A stretch of DNA of 64,000 nt from Parcubacteria group bacterium (GCA_041649415.1 JBAZND010000001.1:167128-231127); one strand, 5' to 3'. Counted from the first letter of the stretch, positions 37,736 through 47,059 are shown. Translations and numbers: made by a program. The notes: generated from the letters alone by a model not told the origin.

Positions 37736-38900
37736 TCTTTCTTCTCTTCTCTCGCGCGGAGTGGAGGAAGTGATTGATAAAACTCATCTTGAAGAGGGTC
37801 TTAAATCTAGCCGAAAACTGCGCGTGAAGTTTGGCATTGACCCGACAAGTCCGCATATTCATTTGGGCCGCGCCATACCCTTAAGAAAACTCCGTGCTTT
37901 TCAGGAGCTGGGGCATAAAATCGTTCTTATTGTCGGCGATTTTACGGCTCAAATTGGCGATCCGTCGGACAAACTTGCGAAACGCCCGATGCTCACGAAA
38001 AACGCGGTAAAAGAAAATCTCAACAGCTACAAAAAACAACTCGGACGAATAGTTGATCTTAAACACGCCGAAATCTGTTTTAACAGTAGGTGGCTTAAAA
38101 AACTCGGCTTTCAAGAAATATCGGAACTTGCCGAAAATTTCACCGTTCAGCAAATGCTTGAGCGCCGAAATTTCCGCGCCCGATTTGAAAAACACGAAGA
38201 AATAAGTCTCCGTGAATTTATGTATCCCTTAATGCAGGGTTACGACAGTGTGGCTGTAAAAGCCGATGTTGAAATCGGCGGCTCGGACCAGCTTTTTAAT
38301 TTATTGGCAGGGCGTGTTATTCAGCCTCGCTACGGTCAAAAGCCGCAAGATATTATGACTTTTGAAATGCTTGAGGGGACCGATGGCCGAAAAATGTCTT
38401 CAAGTTGGGGGAACGTTATCTCAATTGACGATGAACCGAATGATATGTTCGGGAAGATTATGTCCATCAAAGACGAGCTGATTAACCGTTATTTCTTGCT
38501 CTGCACCGACATTGAGGAAGAAGAAATCAAGAAAATCGTGAGCCAAACAAACCCTCGCGACGCGAAAGTCCGACTCGGAAAGGAGATAGTTGCCATCTAC
38601 CACGGATGGAAAGAAGCCGAAAAAGCGGCAGATGAGTTTGATAAAGTCCACAAAGAAGGAGAGCTTCCTTCGGAAATGGAAGAAAAACAAGGTATATCCG
38701 GCGCTACCGCGACAGCATTCTTCTCCCAAGCATTTGATCTATCCAAAAGCGAATCCGCTCGTTTGATTGAACAAGGCGGAGCCAAGATTAATGGCGAAAA
38801 AATAGCCAATCCCAATGAAATAATTACTATTCCTAAAGAAGGAATCATTGCGCAAATCGGCAAACGAAAGTTTGTAAAAATAATCGGGGAGAGTTTATAA
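37710..38900 (+). CDS. tyrS: Tyrosine--tRNA ligase
   Basis: HIGH-type motif PHIHLGR, KMSKS-type motif KMSSSWGN, and a C-terminal S4-like domain. The start is uncertain (ATG 37710 overlaps the clpP end); the ORF is open from 37644. Confidence 0.85.
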   Translation: MKSSKNPNSLSSLLSRGVEEVIDKTHLEEGLKSSRKLRVKFGIDPTSPHIHLGRAIPLRKLRAFQELGHKIVLIVGDFTAQIGDPSDKLAKRPMLTKNAVKENLNSYKKQLGRIVDLKHAEICFNSRWLKKLGFQEISELAENFTVQQMLERRNFRARFEKHEEISLREFMYPLMQGYDSVAVKADVEIGGSDQLFNLLAGRVIQPRYGQKPQDIMTFEMLEGTDGRKMSSSWGNVISIDDEPNDMFGKIMSIKDELINRYFLLCTDIEEEEIKKIVSQTNPRDAKVRLGKEIVAIYHGWKEAEKAADEFDKVHKEGELPSEMEEKQGISGATATAFFSQAFDLSKSESARLIEQGGAKINGEKIANPNEIITIPKEGIIAQIGKRKFVKIIGESL

Positions 38901-38941
38901 AAATTAAAAGAGATTCATTTCCCAAGTCTTTAAAATCTTCA

Positions 38942-38981
38942 AATTCCGCCAGACTTCACGATCGTGAAGTCTGGCGGAATT
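38942..38981 (+). terminator. Perfect 40-bp palindrome terminator after tyrS
   Basis: AATTCCGCCAGACTTCACGA|TCGTGAAGTCTGGCGGAATT followed by a T-rich tract. Confidence 0.75.
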
Positions 38982-39018
38982 CTTGTCGTCTTTCCTGTTG
39001 AGATATATCATATTTTCT

Positions 39019-39960
39019 ATGGACAAAAGAAAAATTATTCTTATAACTGTCGCTATTATTGCTATCGCCTCGGTTACTACGGCGGATTTTCTTTCGCATG
39101 CGTCCTTTTCCTCCGACGTGTTTAATGGCGTAGATGAATTCCTTGACAATCTCAAATTTTGGGAAAAATCCGAAAATGAACCTGTATTTTCCGTCTCTTC
39201 CGATGACAACGCAGGATTTTTGAAAGACGAAAACCCGGATTCTTACGAATCCCATATTGAATTTGAAGAAGCGGTTATCGGAGCAGTGGATAAAGCCGCT
39301 TTAGGCGTCGTTTCCATTGTTGTTTCAAAAGACGTCCCTATTCTGGATAAATGTCCCGTTACCGACCCGTTTTTCGGCCCCAATTTTCAATTTTATGTTC
39401 CGTGCGATTCGGGCCGAACGGAAAAAAAGGAAGTGGGCGGGGGAACGGGCTTCTTTGTTTCTTCTGACGGCTTGATTCTCACGAACCGACACGTTGTTCA
39501 GGATAAAACCGCCGAATACACCGTTTTCTTCGGAAAAGATACCCGGTATAACGCAAAAGTTGTAAGCGTTGACGATATGGAGGATTTGGCGCTTCTGAAG
39601 GTTGACGGCATGAACTTTCCGGTGCTCACGCTCGGTAATTCTGATTCCGTCCGGCTTGGCCAAACGGCAATAGCGATTGGGAATGCCTTGGGTGAATACA
39701 AAGATACGGTTTCAGTAGGCGTAATTTCCGGCCTTTCTCGCACGATTACGGCGACTGATCAATCTGGCAACAATGAAACGATTGAAAACGTTTTGCAAAC
39801 GGACGCCGCCATTAACCCCGGAAATTCCGGCGGCCCGCTTATTAATCTGAAAGGAGAAGTTATCGGCATTAACACGGCAGTTGCCTATAATGCCGAAAAC
39901 ATCGGCTTCGCGATCCCCATAAATAAAGCCCGCCGGGTAATTGACTCTGCCATATATTGA
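39019..39960 (+). CDS. Trypsin-like serine protease (HtrA/DegP family, no PDZ seen)
   Basis: N-terminal TM anchor. Catalytic regions are LTNRHVV, DLALLKV and NPGNSGGPLINLKGEVIGINTAV. Confidence 0.85.
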   Translation: MDKRKIILITVAIIAIASVTTADFLSHASFSSDVFNGVDEFLDNLKFWEKSENEPVFSVSSDDNAGFLKDENPDSYESHIEFEEAVIGAVDKAALGVVSIVVSKDVPILDKCPVTDPFFGPNFQFYVPCDSGRTEKKEVGGGTGFFVSSDGLILTNRHVVQDKTAEYTVFFGKDTRYNAKVVSVDDMEDLALLKVDGMNFPVLTLGNSDSVRLGQTAIAIGNALGEYKDTVSVGVISGLSRTITATDQSGNNETIENVLQTDAAINPGNSGGPLINLKGEVIGINTAVAYNAENIGFAIPINKARRVIDSAIY

Positions 39961-40034
39961 TTTGAGTGAGACAAGCGTGGTATTACCTAATAGGCGTTTT
40001 TTAAACATTTAAATAAGGAAAGGAGGACTTTGTT

Positions 40035-40484
40035 ATGCATCTCTCTACTTTTGAGTACACTTGTATAGTAGCCGTTCTCGTGATTATTTCTCTTATCCGC
40101 CTCGCCAATTACTACCGGTCCGAAGCGAAAAAGGGAAAGAATAACGCCAAATGGCTGAAGGAAAGAATCTCTTCGGATATTGCCGAACGTGTAAAACGCG
40201 AGATCGGGGAAGCATATCCCTTGGCGCTCGTGAACACTCCGGACTACAAAACCTGTTACGACCCCGCCGATTCCAAAAGAGAACTGATAGAAATAACGAT
40301 AAAAGTGGGCTTTGAGCGGTCTGATATCCCCTTTGACGGAATAACTGTGATCATTGACGAAGATCTCATAATGTCCATAAAGGGAGAGTCTAGGGAATAT
40401 TCATATCCCGAGAGTGTAGAAGCACTGCTCGCAGAAGTCCGTTGTGCCATAAACACCAAATTTTTTAACCCGCGCAAACCATAG
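40035..40484 (+). CDS. Cassette protein 1: single-pass membrane protein, 149 aa
   Basis: SD AAGGAAAGGAGG upstream. TM helix CIVAVLVIISLIRL. The terminator overlaps the stop codon. Confidence 0.6.
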   Translation: MHLSTFEYTCIVAVLVIISLIRLANYYRSEAKKGKNNAKWLKERISSDIAERVKREIGEAYPLALVNTPDYKTCYDPADSKRELIEITIKVGFERSDIPFDGITVIIDEDLIMSIKGESREYSYPESVEALLAEVRCAINTKFFNPRKP

Positions 40485-40496
40485 CGCGGGTTTTTT
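40467..40496 (+). terminator. Intrinsic terminator of cassette 1
   Basis: AACCCGCGC-aaaccata-GCGCGGGTT plus TTTT. Confidence 0.8.
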
Positions 40497-40584
40497 ATGT
40501 TCCAAAACATCTTCAAAGAATTGACAAAACACGTAAAATATGCCACAATCCCACCATTCTTTTAAAAACAGGAGGATATGAATA

Positions 40585-41049
40585 ATGTCTGGAATAGCTA
40601 TCCTGGTGACGTCTCTTCTTTTCGTGATTATTATCCTTGCCGCGTGGCTTGGACACGTATGCGACAAGAATCGTAATCTTCGCAACGACTTACTTGATGA
40701 ACGGGCCGACAAATCTTCCCATACCGCCACTCTGGAGAGCGTGCTCCAAAGTATAGTGGACTATTTAGCGGAGGAAATTGAAATATCTTTTCTACCCAAC
40801 GAAGGCGAGGCGGACATCCATTACTATCTCAACTATGGAGCCGACAAGCAGGGGGAAGTAGGGAGCATAATCATAAACTTTTCTGCGCAAGGGCTGTTGA
40901 TATCTACAATATGTGTTCAAATTCGCGACGACGGCGGCACTTTTCTTCTTCTAATAGAAGGTAAAGGGAAAGGATACGCTCTCAAAGAATTAACGCTTCT
41001 TGGGAGTGATGTCTGCGTCAAAATTATAAGCCGTCTCAAATTCAAGTGA
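40585..41049 (+). CDS. Cassette protein 2: single-pass membrane protein, 154 aa
   Basis: TTGACA at 40521-40526 and SD AGGAGGA upstream. TM helix IAILVTSLLFVIIILAAWL. Confidence 0.6.
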   Translation: MSGIAILVTSLLFVIIILAAWLGHVCDKNRNLRNDLLDERADKSSHTATLESVLQSIVDYLAEEIEISFLPNEGEADIHYYLNYGADKQGEVGSIIINFSAQGLLISTICVQIRDDGGTFLLLIEGKGKGYALKELTLLGSDVCVKIISRLKFK

Positions 41050-41060
41050 TTTGACCTAAC

Positions 41061-41085
41061 AAAACCGCGCAAAGCGCGGTTTTTG
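41061..41085 (+). terminator. Intrinsic terminator of cassette 2
   Basis: AAAACCGCGC-AAA-GCGCGGTTTTT. Confidence 0.8.
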
Positions 41086-41160
41086 TTTTCCTGTTTGACA
41101 ATCCGCAACAAAAAGAGCTTTATGGAAATAAAGTTTTTTGAAAACTAGGAGGATCGAACG

Positions 41161-41613
41161 ATGTATTTTCCTGTTGACGGGCAGCTAATAGCTCTCGTGG
41201 TCATTTTTCTGGCTCTGGTAGCCATTTTATTGGCTCCCTACATCCGTTTGGCATGGAATTGTCTCAAGAAATTCTACGCCAGAATGTTAAGACCCAAAGA
41301 AGAAGCCGGGAAAAAGATTCCGCTCTTGCTGGAGAATATAAAAAGGGAAGTTGGCAAAACATTTTCAAGAACGATTATTACAACTTCCTATCACTATCTC
41401 TACGGCAAAAAAGATAAGATCGGGGAAATAAAAATATCCGTGGAAGTCCTAAGAGACCAGTGTCTTGGACACGATATTTTTATTTCTCTCCGCAAAAATT
41501 ACCGTCTTTTCTTTTCGGACGAGGGGGAAAAAGCAGGAAACTATAAACTTTTTCGGACAAAGGACAGGGAAGCGATCGTGCAAGAAATCGTCCGTCGTAT
41601 TAAGCAACTTTAA
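41161..41613 (+). CDS. Cassette protein 3: single-pass membrane protein, 150 aa
   Basis: TTGACA at 41095-41100 and SD AGGAGGA upstream. TM helix LIALVVIFLALVAILLAPY. Confidence 0.6.
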   Translation: MYFPVDGQLIALVVIFLALVAILLAPYIRLAWNCLKKFYARMLRPKEEAGKKIPLLLENIKREVGKTFSRTIITTSYHYLYGKKDKIGEIKISVEVLRDQCLGHDIFISLRKNYRLFFSDEGEKAGNYKLFRTKDREAIVQEIVRRIKQL

Positions 41614-41617
41614 TCTG

Positions 41618-41637
41618 CCGCGCAAAGCGCGGTTTTT
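41618..41637 (+). terminator. Intrinsic terminator of cassette 3
   Basis: CCGCGC-AAA-GCGCGG plus TTTTT. The hairpin is identical to the cassette 2 terminator. Confidence 0.8.
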
Positions 41638-41647
41638 GTTTTCTTAT

Positions 41648-41866
41648 TTGACAAAGAGCAGAGGAAAGAGCTTTATATAAAGCAGCTTTACTGTTGATGA
41701 CTCTCTCAGGCTGGATAAATCGGAAGAATACTATAACATCACTCCCTACGGTCTCGACAAGCTGATGGAGAAAATTTTTGAAAAAATTTCTCATCTTCCC
41801 CAACTTGCGTTTTAAAGAAAACGAAATGTTTTCACCGTTAAAACCCGCGTTATATGTGCGGGTTTT
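41648..41866 (+). pseudogene. ORF-less cassette: promoter and terminator present, only a gene remnant or sRNA between
   Basis: TTGACA at 41648-41653, with the same downstream AAAGAGCTTTAT box as cassette 3. A terminator ACCCGC...GCGGGT lies at 41841-41866. There is no SD. The longest protein-like frame has no start codon and reads ...LDKSEEYYNITPYGLDKLMEKIFEKISHLPQLAF*. Confidence 0.4.
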
Positions 41867-41955
41867 ATTGGCCCTCACTCTTGACAAAATAACTAAAATA
41901 TGCTACGCTGAAAACATAGTCTGAAAGAGGATTGAATTTGAAGGAGGTCCCCGAA

Positions 41956-42438
41956 ATGCTTAAAAAATTAATAACAATCGCTGTGATTATCGCCATCGTG
42001 ACAAGCCTCATCCCGGCCTGTGCCGACGTTACGTCCAACAAGTCCGCAAAATATGTTCCCGTCACCGTTTACGAATATTTGGGCTACACGGTCACGAGAC
42101 AGCTCGGAGCTACCTACGTTGAAGAGCCCGGAAAACCCGTCTACGTCATTCCCGAATCGGAGCACATCAAGATAGATGGCTGGCCCTACATTCCGATTGA
42201 GGATATTTCAACGATAGAGGGCGTAAGCTGGAACCTCAACGAAAAGGGTAACTATGAAATTACCCGCTGGTTGGATTCATCCGCCACCGACAAATCTCTA
42301 GAATTGAAAGAAACATCCTATTCAGATATGCTCGGTGAAAGTATCGGCGTTTCCCTTTATGCAGTTCAAGGGAGCGAAGGCAAAGGCGACTCGCCCACAG
42401 TGAAGATAGTTTTGGAAATCGGAGTAGCCTACAAATAG
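41956..42438 (+). CDS. Cassette protein 5: putative lipoprotein, 160 aa
   Basis: TTGACA at 41881-41886 and SD GAAGGAGG upstream. Signal peptide MLKKLITIAVIIAIVTSLIPAC with a lipobox-like IPAC. Confidence 0.6.
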   Translation: MLKKLITIAVIIAIVTSLIPACADVTSNKSAKYVPVTVYEYLGYTVTRQLGATYVEEPGKPVYVIPESEHIKIDGWPYIPIEDISTIEGVSWNLNEKGNYEITRWLDSSATDKSLELKETSYSDMLGESIGVSLYAVQGSEGKGDSPTVKIVLEIGVAYK

Positions 42439-42443
42439 GCAAC

Positions 42444-42473
42444 AAAGCCCTGCGGTAATTCGCGGGGCTTTTT
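42444..42473 (+). terminator. Intrinsic terminator of cassette 5
   Basis: AAAGCCCTGCG-gtaatt-CGCGGGGCTTT plus TT. Confidence 0.75.
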
Positions 42474-42538
42474 AATCCCGAACATAATCGAGGGGTTTGA
42501 CATGGCTCTTTCTGCGTTATACTTATATAGAGCAATTC

Positions 42539-45166
42539 ATGAACAATTCTTTTAATCGTTTTACAATCAAGGCCCAAGAAGCCATTCAAAACGCCCAAGA
42601 CCTCGCTTCCTCCGAAGGTCACGGTGAATTCCGGGCGCTTCATCTCCTCTCCGTTCTGCTGCACGACCCCGATGCCCTTATCCAACCTATTTTGGAACGT
42701 GCCGGCGTAAACCTAGACGAATTTGACGCCGAACTTGAAGCGGAAATGCGTCGTTATCCAAAATCTTTCAGTTCAAGTTCTATCGCTCAACTTTATCTTT
42801 CGCAGGAAACAGTTCATATAATTGACGTCGCTTCCAAATTCGCGCGAGCAAGCAAAGACGAATTTATCTCTTGTGAACACCTGTTTATGGGACTCGTTGA
42901 AGTCCCGTCAGCCGCTCGCGGTCTTTTGGAAAGATTTGGCGTTAAACGCGATGTTGTGCTTCACGCCCTTGCCGAACTTCGCGGAAACGTCAGAGTAACG
43001 GACGAAACTCCCGAATCAAAATTCCGCGTCTTGGAAAAATACGCCGAAAATTTGACGGAAAAAGCGCGCGCAGGGAAACTGGACCCTCTTATCGGCCGTG
43101 ACGAGGAACTTCGCCGCATCATTCAGGTTCTTTCCCGCCGCACCAAAAACAATCCCTGTCTTATCGGCGAACCGGGTGTGGGTAAAACCGCCATCGTTGA
43201 AGGCCTTGCTCAAAAAATTATTGAAAGCGACGTGCCGGAGACATTGAAAGGGAAAGAAGTCGTTTCGCTTGATTTAGGTTCCCTTATCGCCGGCACCAAA
43301 TTTCGCGGCGAATTTGAGGACCGTTTAAAAGCTTTCATTAAAGAAATCAAAGCCGCAAACGGCAAATACATTTTATTTATTGACGAAATCCACACGATTG
43401 TCGGAGCAGGGCAAGCCGAAGGGGCGATTGACGCCTCAAATCTCCTAAAGCCGGCCCTTGCGAGAGGGGAACTTCACGCAATAGGCGCGACAACCATCAA
43501 AGAATATCAACTCCACATAGAAAAAGATGCCGCGCTTGAACGCCGTTTCCAGCCCATCATGGTTGATGAACCTTCAATAGAGGACAGCGTAAACATTTTG
43601 CGCGGCCTTAAAGAGCGTTATGAGTCTCATCATGGTCTTCGCATCTCGGATGACGCCATTCAGGCGGCAGTAGGACTTTCAAGCCGCTACATTACCGATC
43701 GCTTTCTTCCCGATAAAGCAGTGGACGTGATTGACGAAGCCTCGGCGGCGAGAAAGCTTGAAACCGATTCTATTCCTCACGATATAGATAAGCTCAAAAA
43801 GCACATTACGAGTTTGGAGATTGAGAAAAAAGCCTTGGAGAACGAGCCTGTTTCCAAAACCAGAAGCGCAAGAATTGGGGAGATTGAAAAAGAGCTCGCC
43901 GAAAACAGCGGGAAATATGATGAGATAAACGCCGAATGGTCAGCGGAACGGATGACGGGAGAAAACGTAAGAAACTTACGCCGCCGAATAGATTCCCTAA
44001 AGCGCGAAGCGGAAATTGCCGAACGCGAAGGAGATTTGGAAATAGTCGCGAAACTCCGTTACGGCGATTTGCCGCAAGCGGAAAAAGAACTCGCGGCTTA
44101 TGAAAAGAAATACTTTGCTCCCGGGAGCAAAAAACGTTTTGCTCGCGAAGAAGTGGATAAAGAAGACGTCGCTGAAGTGGTTTCACGCTGGACGGGTATT
44201 CCTATCTCAAATCTCTTGGAGACTGAATCAGAAAAGCTGATTCGCATTGAGGACGAACTTCATAAACGCGTTGTGGGGCAGAACGAAGCAATTTCGGCCA
44301 TCGGGAACGCTCTCCGTCGCGCTCGCGCGGGTCTCGCCGACCCGAACCGTCCTTTAGGATCGTTTATGTTCCTCGGGCCGACGGGTGTCGGTAAAACGGA
44401 ACTTGCCAGAGCTTTGGCTAAGTTTATGTTCAACAAAGAAGACGCGCTTATAAGAGTTGATATGTCCGAATATATGGAACGACATTCCATCTCTCGTCTT
44501 ATCGGTTCGCCTCCGGGCTACGTTGGTCACGAAGAAGGAGGACAGCTCACTGAGACTATTCGTCATCGGCCCTACAGCCTCATTCTCTTTGACGAGATAG
44601 AAAAAGCCCATCCGGAAGTCTTTAACATTCTCCTTCAGGTTCTTGATAACGGCCGGCTTACCGACAGTAAAGGGAAAACGGTTAATTTCAAAAACAGCAT
44701 TATTATTCTTACTTCTAACGCCGGTTCGGAACTGGGAAGAGAAATGTCCCGTATAGGTTTCTCTTCTTCCGAAACGGAAATTGCCGAACGCGAGGAAGAT
44801 TATCGCGGAAGAGTGTTAGAAGCTCTGAAAGACCAGTTCCGTCCAGAATTTTTAAATCGCTTGGACGACATTATCGTCTTTAAATCTCTTACCAAAGCCG
44901 ATTTGCTGAAGATAGTGGACATTCAGCTTGAATCCGTCCGCGAACGCCTTGAAGAAAAGGGGATTAAGATGAGCGTCAACACGGCGGCAAAAAAATACTT
45001 GGCTGAAAACGGCTTTGACCCCGAATTCGGCGCAAGACCTCTTAAAAGGCTCATCCAGAAAGTCGTCTTAGATAAACTCGCGGATAGAATCATTCGCGGC
45101 GAAATGAAAGATGGTGGAAAAATTAAAATCGGTATTGAAAATTCCGAAATTAAGATTGGGAGTTAA
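42539..45166 (+). CDS. clpB: ATP-dependent chaperone/disaggregase ClpB
   Basis: Clp N-domain ([19 protein letters not shown]), two AAA+ modules (GEPGVGKTA and GPTGVGKTE), and a long coiled-coil middle domain. Start taken at MNNSFN. Confidence 0.95.
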   Translation: MNNSFNRFTIKAQEAIQNAQDLASSEGHGEFRALHLLSVLLHDPDALIQPILERAGVNLDEFDAELEAEMRRYPKSFSSSSIAQLYLSQETVHIIDVASKFARASKDEFISCEHLFMGLVEVPSAARGLLERFGVKRDVVLHALAELRGNVRVTDETPESKFRVLEKYAENLTEKARAGKLDPLIGRDEELRRIIQVLSRRTKNNPCLIGEPGVGKTAIVEGLAQKIIESDVPETLKGKEVVSLDLGSLIAGTKFRGEFEDRLKAFIKEIKAANGKYILFIDEIHTIVGAGQAEGAIDASNLLKPALARGELHAIGATTIKEYQLHIEKDAALERRFQPIMVDEPSIEDSVNILRGLKERYESHHGLRISDDAIQAAVGLSSRYITDRFLPDKAVDVIDEASAARKLETDSIPHDIDKLKKHITSLEIEKKALENEPVSKTRSARIGEIEKELAENSGKYDEINAEWSAERMTGENVRNLRRRIDSLKREAEIAEREGDLEIVAKLRYGDLPQAEKELAAYEKKYFAPGSKKRFAREEVDKEDVAEVVSRWTGIPISNLLETESEKLIRIEDELHKRVVGQNEAISAIGNALRRARAGLADPNRPLGSFMFLGPTGVGKTELARALAKFMFNKEDALIRVDMSEYMERHSISRLIGSPPGYVGHEEGGQLTETIRHRPYSLILFDEIEKAHPEVFNILLQVLDNGRLTDSKGKTVNFKNSIIILTSNAGSELGREMSRIGFSSSETEIAEREEDYRGRVLEALKDQFRPEFLNRLDDIIVFKSLTKADLLKIVDIQLESVRERLEEKGIKMSVNTAAKKYLAENGFDPEFGARPLKRLIQKVVLDKLADRIIRGEMKDGGKIKIGIENSEIKIGS

Positions 45167-45800
45167 GGCGGCTGTCTTAATTCCCGTTCTTTATTTTCTT
45201 CCGCTCTGGGCGGCCGGCATTGTAACGCTCGTCTTTTATTTCTGGCCGATAGCGTTTTCCGTGAGTTTCTTGGGGACGTTCATATCCTTCGCTACCGTGG
45301 TCGGATTATTTTTCTCGGCATATCCCTCCTTTTTTGCCGCCTTTGCCATCGCCGCGGCGTTTTATCTGCTTCTTGGCGTCAAAACGGTGGCATTTATTCA
45401 TCGCTCCGTTATTTTCTTTTTCTTGCTCGCCGCCATTGTCTTTTTCTCGCTTTTGGGATTTTTCACGGGCATTATTCCTCTTTTGCTTCTTGCTTTTGTT
45501 GTTTTCTTAATTTGTCGCGATGCTCTTGTTTCGTTTACTCCCGCCATTTCTCCAACCGGCGGACGTTCATCTCTTTTGGCTGCCGTTTCCGCTCTCCTTG
45601 TTGCGGAACTCGCGTGGGCTGTTCTTTATTTGAACATTCCCGTTTGGTGGGCGACGATAGCGATATCGCTCGTTTTTGGCGGCGCGTTTTATATGATAAT
45701 TGAATACCTTCGCGGCAAGCTCTATCGCGCGAACGCGCATTTCTTGGCCACAACCCTGGCGATTGTCGGCTTTGTTGTTCTTCTTCTCGCCACGTTTTAA
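45111..45800 (+). CDS. Hypothetical polytopic membrane protein
   Basis: Six or more hydrophobic helices. The start is uncertain because the ORF overlaps the clpB end; a TTG near 45156 is possible. Confidence 0.55.
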   Translation: MVEKLKSVLKIPKLRLGVKAAVLIPVLYFLPLWAAGIVTLVFYFWPIAFSVSFLGTFISFATVVGLFFSAYPSFFAAFAIAAAFYLLLGVKTVAFIHRSVIFFFLLAAIVFFSLLGFFTGIIPLLLLAFVVFLICRDALVSFTPAISPTGGRSSLLAAVSALLVAELAWAVLYLNIPVWWATIAISLVFGGAFYMIIEYLRGKLYRANAHFLATTLAIVGFVVLLLATF

Positions 45801-45862
45801 GAAGGGCGTCGTTCCTTTGTCCTTTTTGTTATTTTCTCCTTTCTTCATTCCCACTCTCCTCT

Positions 45863-45889
45863 GTCAATCCCGCGTAGGCGGGAATCCAG
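45863..45889 (+). repeat. Left inverted repeat flanking the GIY-YIG gene
   Basis: GTCAATCCCGCGTAGGCGGGAATCCAG contains the hairpin TCCCGC-gtag-GCGGGA. Confidence 0.8.
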
Positions 45890-45901
45890 TAATCTTAATT
45901 T

Positions 45902-46189
45902 GTGGGAAAAACCTATTGTGTCTACATCCTGGCGAGTAAAAGAAACGGTACTTTATATACTGGCGTAACCAGCGATTTAAAAAAGAGAGTAATCGAACAT
46001 AAAGAGGGACTAATCAAAGGTTTTACCAAAAAATACGGGGTAAACAATCTTGTTCATTACGAATTTACAGAAAATCCACAATCGGCTATTCAGAGAGAAA
46101 AATATTTGAAAAATTGGAATCGAAAATGGAAACTGCGACTTATTGAAGAGAACAATCCTGATTGGAAAGATTTATACGAAGAACTTTGA
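45902..46189 (+). CDS. GIY-YIG nuclease family protein (UPF0213/COG2827-like)
   Basis: YCVYILASKRNGTLYTGVTSDLKKRVIEHK...REKYLKNW is the GIY-YIG signature. GTG start. Confidence 0.85.
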   Translation: MGKTYCVYILASKRNGTLYTGVTSDLKKRVIEHKEGLIKGFTKKYGVNNLVHYEFTENPQSAIQREKYLKNWNRKWKLRLIEENNPDWKDLYEEL

Positions 46190-46190
46190 C

Positions 46191-46216
46191 CTGGATCCCG
46201 CCTCCGCGGGGGTGAC
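46191..46216 (+). repeat. Right inverted repeat flanking the GIY-YIG gene
   Basis: CTGGATCCCGCCTCCGCGGGGGTGAC. Its reverse complement, GTCACCCCCGCGGAGGCGGGATCCAG, matches the left repeat at 23 of 27 positions. Confidence 0.8.
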
Positions 46217-46243
46217 ACTTCTTTTCCAGCGTCTCTGTCATCT

Positions 46244-46272
46244 TTGACACCACTTGGCCACTCTGCTATATA
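46244..46272 (+). promoter_or_regulatory. sigma70-type promoter TTGACA-17 nt-TATATA
   Basis: The -10 ends 7 nt before ATG 46280, with no SD in between. Confidence 0.6.
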
Positions 46273-46279
46273 GAGGCTA

Positions 46280-47044
46280 ATGAATTTTGGACTTCAGTCG
46301 CTTGTCTCGGACATCGCGGTAGCGATGTTCAAAGTAGCGGCGGCCATCAGCCACCAAAGTTTGAAGTCCGAACTTGAGAACTTGGCTATCTCTATTGCGG
46401 CAAACCCTAACGCAGACAACATTTTCCGCGCGGAAAATGTCCTAACTCTTGGCCGCGAAGTGGGGGAGATAAAACCCATTAACGCCGTTGTTCTAATTAG
46501 AGAATTAGAAAGCCTTAGAAGGGACTTGCTTGTCTTGCCAAAACAGAGTGAAAACAAACTGCCCGAGAATGTGGACATTGCATCTAAATTTGTCCACTCG
46601 GCCAGCACCCCCACGTCTAATCAGACGGACACATCCAAACCGCAAACAGATATATCTCGCCGTCAAGCGGACATATCCCGACAACAGACGGACAATACAG
46701 CAACTTCAGTTAAAAAGACACGGCCAAATAATCATGGACGTAAAGCTACCTTTGACCCGGTCAAGGTGCTTCAATTCATAGCCGGACATAATATGCCTAA
46801 ATTAAAAGATATGGAAATGACGTTTACGGAAATCAGTAGCCGCACCGTTCGCCGAACGATTGAGAACCTTATGAAACAAGGTAAAATTGAGCGTGTCGGC
46901 ACCCCCGGCCCGAACAGTTACTATCGCGTCGTTTCTATTTCAGCCGAAACAGCCCCCATTCCCGTTACGCCCCGCGAGACCGAGCAAAACGAAGATATTC
47001 CCCAACTGTCTTATAACGAAAGTCCCGAAGTTATTGCCCTGTAA
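46280..47044 (+). CDS. Hypothetical protein with helical N-domain, Q/T/D/S-rich linker and C-terminal winged-helix-like segment
   Basis: The C-terminal segment FTEISSRTVRRTIENLMKQGKIERVG resembles a DeoR/wHTH recognition region. The linker carries the repeats TDTSKPQTDISRRQADISRQQTD. Confidence 0.5.
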   Translation: MNFGLQSLVSDIAVAMFKVAAAISHQSLKSELENLAISIAANPNADNIFRAENVLTLGREVGEIKPINAVVLIRELESLRRDLLVLPKQSENKLPENVDIASKFVHSASTPTSNQTDTSKPQTDISRRQADISRQQTDNTATSVKKTRPNNHGRKATFDPVKVLQFIAGHNMPKLKDMEMTFTEISSRTVRRTIENLMKQGKIERVGTPGPNSYYRVVSISAETAPIPVTPRETEQNEDIPQLSYNESPEVIAL

Positions 47045-47059
47045 CTCTTTTCCCTCGTG

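Noticed and set aside
38942-38981. Perfect 40-bp palindrome after tyrS.
   Set aside because: It sits exactly at the 3' end of a gene and is followed by a T-rich tract, and it is unrelated in sequence to the 17-kb palindromes. The simplest explanation is a strong intrinsic terminator.
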